From Caldilineales bacterium (GTDB lineage: Bacteria; Chloroflexota; Anaerolineae; J102): a stretch of DNA of 64,000 nucleotides. The notes under the pieces are model-generated. The model saw nothing but the letters and a program-made list of their open reading frames with translations, searched no databases and was not told the origin of the DNA. Position 1 is the stretch's first letter. Every line of letters begins with the position of its first letter. Position numbers and translations under genes: made by a program. Shown piece after piece: positions 24,229-33,624 of the stretch. The stretch is from positions 22,263-86,262 of the forward strand of contig JAGFJG010000016.1 in NCBI GenBank assembly GCA_024102915.1, in the 5' to 3' direction.

Positions 24229-26937
24229 TCACGATTCCCCATTCCCCTCGTCCAGAGGTCCGGGGGCGACGACACGGAACCCGTAGGGGTCGAGCCCGTA
24301 GTGCGGGTGGTCCCAGTGACGGGCGGCGCAGCGCACGCCGTGACGGCTGTCGATGAACGAGCCGCCACGCACCACGCGACGTTCATCGCCTTTTGGTCGA
24401 TTATCCGGTTGGTAATCGGTATAGTCATTCGTCCACTCGGCCATTGTCCATTCCCACACATTCCCGCTCATATCCAGGCAGCCGTAAGGGCTGGCCCCGG
24501 CATCGAATAGGCCTACCGGGCTGACGCCGCCAATGCCGGTTTCGACCATGTTACACTTGCGGGGGTCGAATTGCTCGCCCCAGGGGTAGGCGCGGGCATC
24601 TTTTTCCCCGCGGGCAGCCTTCTCCCACTCCGCCTCGGTGGGCAGGCGGTATTCCCGGCCTTTTTGCTGGCTCACCCAATCGCAAAAGGCGCGGGCGTCG
24701 TGCCAGCGCACGTTCACCACCGGATGGTTGCGCAATTCCGGCGGCGGCTCCTGGCCCCGCCAGTGGCGAGGAGGTTCGTGGTCGGTGGCAGCGATGAAGA
24801 GGGCGTACTGGCTATTGGTGATGGGATATTTGCCGATGCGGAAGGTTTCGACCTGCTGGGTGTGTTGCGGGCGTTCGTCGTCGAATGAATCGGGCTCGCC
24901 CTCCTTGCTGCCCATCGTAAAGGGCCCGGCGGGCACGGGCAACATCTCGTCGAAGTCGCGGGGGTCGCCCAGCGCGGCCAGCACGCCGCCCGCCTCGGCC
25001 CGCTCGCGCGGTTCCAGCAGGTCGTGGGTGATGAGGGTGGTGAGATGCATTTGCAGGCGCGGCAGCAATTCGCCGCTCAAATCACGGCGTTGCGCCCGTT
25101 TCAGGCCAATCTCGCGCAGGCAGGCTCCCGACAGCCATATCTTGCGCCAGGCGATGGCGTCGTCGAAAGCGGGCGCCTCTTTGGGACAAAGCTCGTGGGC
25201 CAGCATCAACGGTTTGTCGATATTCTTATTCACGTGTACCAGCCGTCCCACCGCCAGCAAAATCACCACCCACCAGAACGCGCCTTCCCCGGCCAGTTCC
25301 TCCGCCCGCTCGATGAAATCCTCCTGGCCGCTGAGGTAGCATCCGGCCAGGTATTCCTGGAAAGTGCGATGGGGAAAACGATAGATGGCCGGGTGTTCGT
25401 CCGTGCGGGAGGTGGTCTCCACCAGCAAGCCCGCCCGCAAATTCATCAACTGGATCATGGCATCCACCCAGGTCTGGCTGCCGTCGGGGGCCAGCTTGCG
25501 AAGTTCATTTTGCAGGGCCGCTTCCGAGATATCGGCTGTGGCCTCACCGTCCTCATCATCCCGCACCTGGGCATGGGCATTAAAAGCCAGTTCCCACAGC
25601 GCCAACTGCACATCCACATCCTCCAGATCGGCCTGTTTCAGCAACATGCGCCAGTCGGTGTCCTCCCCTTCTTTGGTCTGCACCTTGCCTGCCTCCCAGC
25701 GCCACAGCAGCAACTCCACCGCATCTTCGTAGAGCAGGGCGCGAGCGTCGGGCAATTCGCCTTTGCGCGTGTGCACCAGCGCCATCACCGTCAGCAACAA
25801 TGGATTCTGCGCCAGCCGCCGCAGGTCTTCCTGGCGCACGGCCCGCTGCAATTTTCCGGCGCGGGCGTCGGCGTCAGGAACGACATTCATCGCCTTCAAC
25901 TGCCCGTACCAGGCAGCAATGAAGCCGTCGATTTTTCCTTCGTCCAGCCTGGCCAGTTCATAGCTCGGCCACTGCTCGGCTCGCAATTTCCAGCGCGGGT
26001 CCTGATAGCTGAGCACCCGGCAGGTGACAACCATCGGGCTTTTGTAGGCGTTGGGCAGATCGTCCAGCATCTCCCGCACCCGCCCGCAGGTGGCAGCATC
26101 GCCCGGCACCTCATCCAGCCCATCCAATAAAAGGATGGCGTCGCCGTCACGCAGGAAACCGCGCAGGGTTGGGTAGAAATCCGCCAGGCCCATGTCGGTG
26201 AGCCAGGCCAGCAAATAGCCTTCCAACAAACCGGTCTTGCGTGCGCTCGAACCGGACACATCCATCCAGGCGGCCAGCTCGCGCAATGCCACCGGTACAG
26301 GCAACAATCGATCCCATTTCTGCGGCCAGGCGTCCAATTGCCGCACCATGTGGCTGCGGCTATTCAGGGCGTCACTTGCCAGGCAATAGGCCAGGTGGTT
26401 GGCGAAGGTGGTCTTGCCGCCGCCGGGGTCGCCCAGGAGGACGATGCGATTGTCGTTGACCACTGCCTCCAGCGCCGGCAACGGGCGCGTATCCCGACCG
26501 AATGGCTCCTTCTCCTCCCGCCTGAGCAAACCCTTCTTTTCCTTCTCCACTTCGACGCTGGCGGTTGTATCCAGCTTGATGTAGACATCGGCCAGTCGCA
26601 TTCGTTCGCTCTCGCCGGTGCTGGCGTCGGCGGCCTTGAAATCGACGGTGGCAAGCGTCAGGTATTGCGTATCGTCGAACACGCGTTTCAAGTAACGGTC
26701 GCGCTGGCTCTCGTACTCTTCCAGCACCTCAGGGACATCGATTTCACTATCATCGATCGAGACTTTGCGTTTGTACCAGATGCCGAGGACGGTTAATATC
26801 GCCAGAACCACGAACCCAACCCATGCCACTACTGATTTGAAGGGATCGTTGAGGAATGGGCTTATAAACAGAACTGCCACAGCAATAAGGGCAGGGATAA
26901 TCCAGGTTCGGCGTCTTCGTTTCGATTTCTGCGACAT
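24229..26937 (-). CDS. Membrane-anchored NACHT (STAND) NTPase fused to a C-terminal FGE-sulfatase (SUMF1-like) domain
   Basis: Two N-terminal hydrophobic helices. Walker A is LLGDPGGGKTTF and Walker B is AILLLDGLDEV. A helical middle region follows. The C-terminal ~250 aa match the FGE-sulfatase fold (FRIGKYPITNSQY...NHPVVNVRWHDARAFCDW...YRLPTEAEWEKAARG...GNVWEWT...RGGSF). Confidence 0.85.
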   Translation of the reverse strand: MSQKSKRRRRTWIIPALIAVAVLFISPFLNDPFKSVVAWVGFVVLAILTVLGIWYKRKVSIDDSEIDVPEVLEEYESQRDRYLKRVFDDTQYLTLATVDFKAADASTGESERMRLADVYIKLDTTASVEVEKEKKGLLRREEKEPFGRDTRPLPALEAVVNDNRIVLLGDPGGGKTTFANHLAYCLASDALNSRSHMVRQLDAWPQKWDRLLPVPVALRELAAWMDVSGSSARKTGLLEGYLLAWLTDMGLADFYPTLRGFLRDGDAILLLDGLDEVPGDAATCGRVREMLDDLPNAYKSPMVVTCRVLSYQDPRWKLRAEQWPSYELARLDEGKIDGFIAAWYGQLKAMNVVPDADARAGKLQRAVRQEDLRRLAQNPLLLTVMALVHTRKGELPDARALLYEDAVELLLWRWEAGKVQTKEGEDTDWRMLLKQADLEDVDVQLALWELAFNAHAQVRDDEDGEATADISEAALQNELRKLAPDGSQTWVDAMIQLMNLRAGLLVETTSRTDEHPAIYRFPHRTFQEYLAGCYLSGQEDFIERAEELAGEGAFWWVVILLAVGRLVHVNKNIDKPLMLAHELCPKEAPAFDDAIAWRKIWLSGACLREIGLKRAQRRDLSGELLPRLQMHLTTLITHDLLEPRERAEAGGVLAALGDPRDFDEMLPVPAGPFTMGSKEGEPDSFDDERPQHTQQVETFRIGKYPITNSQYALFIAATDHEPPRHWRGQEPPPELRNHPVVNVRWHDARAFCDWVSQQKGREYRLPTEAEWEKAARGEKDARAYPWGEQFDPRKCNMVETGIGGVSPVGLFDAGASPYGCLDMSGNVWEWTMAEWTNDYTDYQPDNRPKGDERRVVRGGSFIDSRHGVRCAARHWDHPHYGLDPYGFRVVAPGPLDEGNGES

Positions 26938-27162
26938 GATGTCCCGCCTTGAAAGAACGATGTCAGATCGATATGCGATTCGTAATCCAGTTTCCCAAGA
27001 TTATACGCGGTTGGGGTTGGCAGCGTCAAAGTGTTTTCCTGGGGCGGGCATAGGACTATGACCTTTGGGAGGCGGATGGCAGGACTTGCCGATCACGCGC
27101 TTTTACCTTTGCCTCCCGAAGGTCAAGCATGCGCAACCAACCACCCAACTTACCAACCCCCA

Positions 27163-30100
27163 TCACCCCGGCAAATCCACGCAATTCCCCGTGCCCTGCT
27201 CCACCGAATGATCCGAATTCGCTACCAGCGCGCAGATCTGCGTGGCCCGGCCTGGCCGGTCGCTGACCCGGAACAGGCGGAAGGGGCTTTCGCCCACCAC
27301 GCCCGCCTCGGTGGGATAAAGCTGCCAGGGGCCGCTGCCGGGCATGCCTGCCTGCTCCGGCGGAACCGTATTCCAAAAGAAATGCACGTGACGATTGCCG
27401 CCGCCCAACCGGGGTTCATAGCCCGAGGTGCGGAAATCGACCACATAACGGTTGTTGCCGCCGATCGTAATGCCCGTGATCTCCACCCAATCGCCGGGCG
27501 GGGTGGGCGTGACCGCGACGGTCGTGGGCGTCGGCGGCAGCGCCGTGGATGTCGGCGGCAGCGCCGTCGGCGTCGGCTCGATTTGCTGCTGCGGTTCCGG
27601 CCCGCCCGCATAGCCCTCTCCCCACGATGGCGCCCATTCCGAGCCTGGGAGCTCGATCAGCGGCGTGAGCAGGTTGTCGCTCAGCCGCAGCGCCCAGATG
27701 TCGGATTCGTCGGCGTCGGTCAACTCGCCGTCCCCGTCCACATCGACCCCGCGGGCGAACACGATCCATTCGCCATCGGGCGACCAGGCGGGGGTTGCGG
27801 CGAAGGCGTCGGTGAGGACGGTGGGCGTGCGTCCGTCCGGCGTGCCCAGCATCAACTGCCCGAAGGCGTCGGCGGCGTGTTCCTTGCGCACATAGACGAT
27901 CCACTGGCCGTCCGGCGACCACGAGGGCTGATTCTCGTCCGCCCCGCTGATATACAGCGCCCGCGGCTGCGACAGCGGCAGACCCACATCGACGGCATAG
28001 ATATCCATATCGCCATTGTGATCCGAACCGAACGCCAGCGACCGCCCATCCGGCGACCAGGAGGGCCATTCATCCCGCCCCGCGTTCGTGGTCTGGCGGA
28101 AGGACTCATTCTCGTTGCCCACAAAAATCTCGGCGTTCGCCACGCCCTCGGTGTCGGCGGTGCTGGAGAATGCGATCAGCACGCGCACAGCCGCCTGCGC
28201 CATGCGTGAGGCCAGACCGGCGGATCGGTCGCCCCCGGCATCGGCCACGATGCGACCGCCATTCGGCTCCCAGGCTGCATACTCATCCCAGGCTCCCGTG
28301 CTGACGAAAACCCGCTGGTTTGAGCCATCGCCATCCATCACCCAGATGTCATAAGCGCCGGGCACGCCCGACCGATTGCTGGTGAAAGCGATCTGGCTGC
28401 CATCGGGCGACCAGCGTGGAATGTGATCGTCGAACTCGTTGGAGGTCAAAAGCTCGAAGCTCAGGGTTTCCAGGTCATAGAGCGTGATCTCGTTCGTCTC
28501 TGGCCCGCCCTGGTTGTGGGTAAACACAATCTGGCCGGAGAGAGGCGGCGGGGCCACGGTGGCGGTGGGTTGAGTCGTCACTAGCTCATTCACAGGCTCA
28601 AGCGATCTGATCACCAGTTCATCGATAACGCCCTCGGCATAAAAATCGCCATTCTCATTGCCCGCGCCCACAAAGATCGAGCCGAGGCCAGCCACGTCGC
28701 CCAAATCCCATCCGCCCACAGCGCCGCCATTGTCCACCCGCTCACCGTTCAAATAGATAGCCATGGCGTCATCGCTGCGCGAATTGTCCCAGACCGCCCT
28801 GATCTGAATCCACTCGCCCGCCTCCCACAATGGCGTCAGCCAATCCGTTTCCACCGCGGTGTGATTGTAGTCGGCGTCCACGAAGGCCATGCCCAGGAAT
28901 CCGCCCTTTTCCAAAATGATGAAGGGTGGGTTGTAGATATCGCCGAGCGCCACGAAATAGTGATCGGTCTCGCTCGCGACCGCATCGTAATCGGGCCGAT
29001 ACCAGAATTCAATTTCGCCGGCGTCAAGCGAGAACGCAGATTCGCCTTGATGGACGACAGGGAAACGCGCCCATTTGCCGTGATCGTTGAAATACGCGCC
29101 GCTGCCCACCTTGCCCGGCACGAAGTTTTCCTCCGACAGACTGGTCTCGCCCGCGCCGCCTCGCTCCGGGCTGCGGATCGAGTCGAGATTGTCGAGACTG
29201 GAATAGAAGGAAACCCCATCGACGGCCACGAATTCGTGGGTGGGCGTCGGTTCCACGATCTCGACGGTCGCCGTCGGTGCGGGCGTTGCTTCCGCCTCGG
29301 CCACGGTCGCCGGCGTGGGCGTTGGTTTGACCTGCTCTGTCGGCTCGCTCTCCCTGCCGAAAAGCATCCAGCCCAGGCCCGCCACCGCCACAATGGCGAT
29401 GATCGCCAGGACGATGACCGGCAGCGACGACCGACCGCCATTCTCAGGCTGTGATCTTGGCTCGACCGGCGGGATGTCGGACGGCGGCTGGCCGCCCCCG
29501 GATGCTGGCGTGGCGGCTCGTTTGGTTGTCACCGCTGCCACCGCCACAGGTTTGACGACCGTTCCCGCCGGCGCGGTCGAAGCCTGTAAAGCATCGACAA
29601 ATGCCGCCGCCGAAGGATAACGATCCTGCGGTTCCTTCGCCATCGCTTTCAGGATCACATCCGAAGTGGCGGCAGGCAGGTCGGCGCGCAGTTCGCTGGG
29701 CGAGACCGCCTTCTTATTGAGATGCCCGTTGATCACCTGCACGGTGCTGCCGCTAAACGGAACCTGACCGGTCAGCATGTGATACGCTACCACGCCCAGG
29801 GCGTAAATGTCGGTGGCGGGGCCGATCTCATCCGCCCGCTCGAAATCGATCTGCTCGGGGGCCATGTATTCGACTGTGCCCAGGATGCTGTCGGAGCGGG
29901 TGAGATGCGAGCTGGCCGAGAGCGCTTTCACCAGCCCGAAATCGGTCAGCAGCGGGCGCTCTTGCTGGCGATACGCAGTCTTTAGCAGGATGTTGGCGGG
30001 CTTGACATCGCGATGGACTAAATCCTGGCTGTGGGCGTAATCGAGGGCGTCGGCGACGCTATCCAGCACCGCGACCGTCTCGTCCAACGACATCGCGCCG

Positions 30101-30408
30101 GTCGTTTGCAGGCGTTGCAACAGCGATCCCCCATCCACCAGTTCCATGGCGATGAAGAGTTGCCCGTCGAGATTCCCCACCTCGTAAACGGTGACGATGT
30201 TGGCGTGATCGAGATTGGCGACGGTCTTCGCTTCTTTGATGAAGCGCTCGGCCACCGCCGGATCGCCGCTGAACTGGGCGTGCAACAATTTGAGGGCGAC
30301 ATCACGGTCGAGCGTGGTGTCCCGCGCCTTGTAGACGACGGCAAAACCGCCGCGTCCCAACTCGGCGAACACCTCGTATTTTCCAAACTTGCGTGAAGAT
30401 GCGGTCAA
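27163..30408 (-). CDS. Receptor Ser/Thr protein kinase with extracellular LamG-like and TolB/PD40 beta-propeller domains
   Basis: Hanks kinase motifs: GRGGFAVVYKA, VALKLL, HRDVKPANILL, DFG and YMAPE. A Pro-rich linker and one TM helix (LPVIVLAIIAIVAVAGLGWMLF) follow. The ectodomain has a ConA/LamG-like segment and repeated WSPDG...(I/V)(A/V)F PD40 blades. Confidence 0.85.
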   Translation of the reverse strand: MTASSRKFGKYEVFAELGRGGFAVVYKARDTTLDRDVALKLLHAQFSGDPAVAERFIKEAKTVANLDHANIVTVYEVGNLDGQLFIAMELVDGGSLLQRLQTTGAMSLDETVAVLDSVADALDYAHSQDLVHRDVKPANILLKTAYRQQERPLLTDFGLVKALSASSHLTRSDSILGTVEYMAPEQIDFERADEIGPATDIYALGVVAYHMLTGQVPFSGSTVQVINGHLNKKAVSPSELRADLPAATSDVILKAMAKEPQDRYPSAAAFVDALQASTAPAGTVVKPVAVAAVTTKRAATPASGGGQPPSDIPPVEPRSQPENGGRSSLPVIVLAIIAIVAVAGLGWMLFGRESEPTEQVKPTPTPATVAEAEATPAPTATVEIVEPTPTHEFVAVDGVSFYSSLDNLDSIRSPERGGAGETSLSEENFVPGKVGSGAYFNDHGKWARFPVVHQGESAFSLDAGEIEFWYRPDYDAVASETDHYFVALGDIYNPPFIILEKGGFLGMAFVDADYNHTAVETDWLTPLWEAGEWIQIRAVWDNSRSDDAMAIYLNGERVDNGGAVGGWDLGDVAGLGSIFVGAGNENGDFYAEGVIDELVIRSLEPVNELVTTQPTATVAPPPLSGQIVFTHNQGGPETNEITLYDLETLSFELLTSNEFDDHIPRWSPDGSQIAFTSNRSGVPGAYDIWVMDGDGSNQRVFVSTGAWDEYAAWEPNGGRIVADAGGDRSAGLASRMAQAAVRVLIAFSSTADTEGVANAEIFVGNENESFRQTTNAGRDEWPSWSPDGRSLAFGSDHNGDMDIYAVDVGLPLSQPRALYISGADENQPSWSPDGQWIVYVRKEHAADAFGQLMLGTPDGRTPTVLTDAFAATPAWSPDGEWIVFARGVDVDGDGELTDADESDIWALRLSDNLLTPLIELPGSEWAPSWGEGYAGGPEPQQQIEPTPTALPPTSTALPPTPTTVAVTPTPPGDWVEITGITIGGNNRYVVDFRTSGYEPRLGGGNRHVHFFWNTVPPEQAGMPGSGPWQLYPTEAGVVGESPFRLFRVSDRPGRATQICALVANSDHSVEQGTGNCVDLPG

Positions 30409-30453
30409 TCGTTCACTCCTTCAGGGATTTTCACTCGACAACGTGCGTGTGAT

Positions 30454-30523
30454 TTAGTTCGATGTTCAGAGTTCGATGTTGTTAGTTGAACTTCGCACCT
30501 CGCACCCGGAACTTCGAACCCAG
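30454..30523. repeat. Heptanucleotide tandem-repeat hairpin (nnnGTTC / AACnnnG type)
   Basis: TTAGTTC GATGTTC AGAGTTC GATGTTG TTAGTTG | AACTTCG CACCTCG CACCCGG AACTTCG AACCCAG, in the spacer between the PQQ-propeller gene and the kinase gene. Confidence 0.6.
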
Positions 30524-30551
30524 ACAAGGTTAGCAGCCCTCACCCCTGCGG

Positions 30552-32723
30552 TCAAACCGATCCCCCGGCACCCTCTTTCGCATTCGATTCCGCGACGAGA
30601 TCGTCGAGCGTGCGTTTGATCTCCGCCTCGCGTTCCTTCAGCATGTCGATCTCGTTTTCCAGCCATAGCGGGGCGGCGATGCCATATTGGTCGCGTTGCA
30701 GTTCTCGCTTCGCCAGAGAGCGCTGCACGTTCTCCAACTGCTGGCGATAAATTTCGTCCTCCGAACGCCGGAAGGAGGAGCGTTCGATCACATCAAAACC
30801 TTCGTTGATCTGATCGGCCAGATCGGACGAGGACTGGCGATAATCCTCATGCGAAGCGACATCGACAAAAACCGAGAGGCTGACATCATGCGGCGCGCCG
30901 CGCAAGCCCAACAGAAACCCCACCTCCAGCGTCAGCGGCACTTTGCCGGCGCTGGTCGGGCGCAATCCCAGGGGCAAGTCCATGCTGTTGCCCGGCCCCA
31001 GGTTGCCCAGCTCGGTCGTCTGCATGTGCTCGCCGGAAAACCCGGTGCCGGTGGCGCGGGCGCTGACGGCGGCGGCGATCCCCTGGCCCTCGTTATGCAC
31101 CAGCAGGCGCAAAATATTGAACTGTTCCTTGACGAACCCTGCTTCGGGCACGGCCTCGATCCGCACAAAAGGATAGCGCAGCAGGCGGCATATCTCACGC
31201 CAGGAGGCAGCCGCTTCTTTGCTCATGCCCGCATCCAGATAGGCCTGCCGCGCCTGCTGCCACGCCTCGGCCGTATCCTGCAATTCCGCCACGCGGTGCA
31301 GCGCTACGGCCCTGGCGGTGAAATCTCCGGTGTTCTCTTGCAGAACGGCGATCTCCGCCCAACCTTCGACCGTATCCGCACTTTGGAACTGCTCGATAGC
31401 TTTAGCCACATCCCCCGACCGCAGCCACAGCCTGGCCGCGCCCAACGCATCGTCACGCTCCTCCAACATCTTCGCCGCCTTGACGACTTCGCCCTGCTGT
31501 TCCATCAGTTCCGCCGCCATACGCCAATCGCCCGCGGCCATGGCCTGCTGAGGCGAAAGTTGACGTTGCGGCAATTCCAGCAATGTCAGGGCGTCGCCCG
31601 CGTCCAGGATCGCAAGGCCGGTCGGGGTTGGCATCGGGTCGGCTTCGATACGGCGCTCGCCCTGCCACTGCCAGAGTTCGTCGCCGTCGAAGGGATCGAA
31701 CGCTCGCACCGTATGATCATGCCCAGCTACGATCAGGGCGTTTTCGTGCAAGAGCGGTTGCGCCGTCACCTTGCGCTCACTGGCATGCCGCCACCGCTCG
31801 GCTCCGTCCGCCAGATTCAGGGCCACGATCCCAGACTCGCAGCCCACAAAAAGGACCTCGCCATTGCTCGTCATGCTCGGCAACGATTTGCCCAAATCGG
31901 TTCGCGCCCAGCCCAGCTTGCCGGAATTGGCGTCGATCAATGCCAGGCTGCCATCGGTGAAAGGCGTGATCACGCAATTGCCGCACACCAACGGCGTGCT
32001 CGCCCAGGCGTCGGTCGCATGTCGATAACGCCATCGCACCGAACCTGTGCCGCCATCCACGGCGATCAGCGTGGCGTCGAGCGTAGGGATCAGTAGCGTC
32101 TGACCATGCACAGCCGCAGCCGCCACCTGCTGTGAGCCGCCGAGCTCGATTGGGCTGGAACCGGTTGGCTGGCCGGAATGCAGGTCGAGCGACCACACGC
32201 TGTTCTCGCTGCCCACCGTCCAGAGACGATCCATCGCCCAGGCCGGAGCCGAGAGCGCGCGCATGTCGGGTCGCCAGCGCCAGCGTGACGCGCCCGTCGC
32301 CGTGTCCAGGGCATACAGGCTGGCATTCAGGGCCAGAGCGCTGGCCGTACGTGTGGCGACGATCACCAGATCGTTGATGACAAGTATGGGCGGATTGATC
32401 AGTTCATCCGGAAAGTCCTGCTGCCAGCGTATCTTCATCTGCGCCGGGTCGATGGCGAGCACGCGGCCAAATCGACTGCCCATCGCTTCGCCTTTCACCG
32501 AAACCGGCACAAACAAAACCCCGTACTGCTGCGCTATCCCGCCCTGCACATCCCCTTCCAGTTGCATAGAACCCTTTGCCCTCGGCTCATCCCCGGCGCC
32601 CTGTTGGCGCGTAAAACCGCAGTGCGGGCACACATCTGCATCACCCATCAAGCCGGAACAATTCGGGCAGCTATCATTCATAAGCGCAACCGGCTGCTGT
32701 ACCTGAGGCGAGGCCGATTGCAT
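30552..32723 (-). CDS. Zinc-ribbon / PQQ-like beta-propeller repeat protein with TPR-like and Ig-like C-terminal regions
   Basis: N-terminal CPNCSG...CPHCGF zinc ribbon. A BamB/PQQ-like repeat propeller follows (repeated W(R/Q)... motifs), then a helical region, and a coiled-coil tail. Confidence 0.65.
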   Translation of the reverse strand: MQSASPQVQQPVALMNDSCPNCSGLMGDADVCPHCGFTRQQGAGDEPRAKGSMQLEGDVQGGIAQQYGVLFVPVSVKGEAMGSRFGRVLAIDPAQMKIRWQQDFPDELINPPILVINDLVIVATRTASALALNASLYALDTATGASRWRWRPDMRALSAPAWAMDRLWTVGSENSVWSLDLHSGQPTGSSPIELGGSQQVAAAAVHGQTLLIPTLDATLIAVDGGTGSVRWRYRHATDAWASTPLVCGNCVITPFTDGSLALIDANSGKLGWARTDLGKSLPSMTSNGEVLFVGCESGIVALNLADGAERWRHASERKVTAQPLLHENALIVAGHDHTVRAFDPFDGDELWQWQGERRIEADPMPTPTGLAILDAGDALTLLELPQRQLSPQQAMAAGDWRMAAELMEQQGEVVKAAKMLEERDDALGAARLWLRSGDVAKAIEQFQSADTVEGWAEIAVLQENTGDFTARAVALHRVAELQDTAEAWQQARQAYLDAGMSKEAAASWREICRLLRYPFVRIEAVPEAGFVKEQFNILRLLVHNEGQGIAAAVSARATGTGFSGEHMQTTELGNLGPGNSMDLPLGLRPTSAGKVPLTLEVGFLLGLRGAPHDVSLSVFVDVASHEDYRQSSSDLADQINEGFDVIERSSFRRSEDEIYRQQLENVQRSLAKRELQRDQYGIAAPLWLENEIDMLKEREAEIKRTLDDLVAESNAKEGAGGSV

Positions 32724-32868
32724 GTCACCCCAGCGCGCAACCGGGCAGCATTATAGCTTTCCGCAAGTGCTCGCGCCAACTGTCCATCAACCGAGGGGTT
32801 TGGTATAATTCGTTTCGATTTGGCTTCCAAAGCGATGCCATTGTTTCCTGGAGGACTCGAGAAGATTT

Positions 32869-33624
32869 ATGTCTGGTCACAGCAAATGGTCTACCATCAA
32901 ACGCAAAAAATCGGCGGTTGACGCCAAGAGGGGTCAGGTCTTCACGAAGATCGCGCGTGAATTGCAAATTGCGGCGCGCGAAGGCGGGCCGGACCCCGAT
33001 ATGAACATACGCTTGCGCCTGGTATTAGATAAAGCTCGCGCGGCGAACATGCCCAAAGATAATATAGAACGAGCCATCGCTCGCGGCTCGGGATTGGAAA
33101 AAGGCGATGAATTGGAGGAAACGACCTACGAAGGTTATGGCCCGCATGGCATCGCCATTATGATCGAGACCCTGACCGATAATCGCAACCGCACTGTGTC
33201 GGAAGTCCGCCACGCATTGACCAAATCGGGCGGGAACATGGCCAGCGCCGGCGCGGTTGCCTGGCAATTCGACCGCAAAGGTCAAATCATCGTCACGACA
33301 AATGGCATGGATCAGGACGAGATATTCTTGCTCGCGGTCGATGCCGGAGCCGAGGATGTCGTGCCTAACGACGACGGCACCACCGAAATCATCACCGCTG
33401 ATGTCGATCTGGCCGCGGTGCGCGATAGCCTGATCGCATCCGGCGTCAAGCTGGAAAGCGCCGAACTCACCCTGGTCGCCCAAAACGAAATCGACCTGCC
33501 CCTCGACGCAGCCGCCAGTGTGATGGCTCTGCTGGAGCGGCTCGAAGACCTCGATGACGTACAGCAAGTCTACTCGAACCTGGCCATCAGCGATGAATTG
33601 GTCAGCCAGATGGAAGCTGTGTGA
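32869..33624 (+). CDS. yebC: YebC/PmpR-family transcriptional regulator
   Basis: MSGHSKWSTIKRKKSAVDAKRG... is the invariant YebC N-terminus. 251 aa. Confidence 0.9.
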   Translation: MSGHSKWSTIKRKKSAVDAKRGQVFTKIARELQIAAREGGPDPDMNIRLRLVLDKARAANMPKDNIERAIARGSGLEKGDELEETTYEGYGPHGIAIMIETLTDNRNRTVSEVRHALTKSGGNMASAGAVAWQFDRKGQIIVTTNGMDQDEIFLLAVDAGAEDVVPNDDGTTEIITADVDLAAVRDSLIASGVKLESAELTLVAQNEIDLPLDAAASVMALLERLEDLDDVQQVYSNLAISDELVSQMEAV

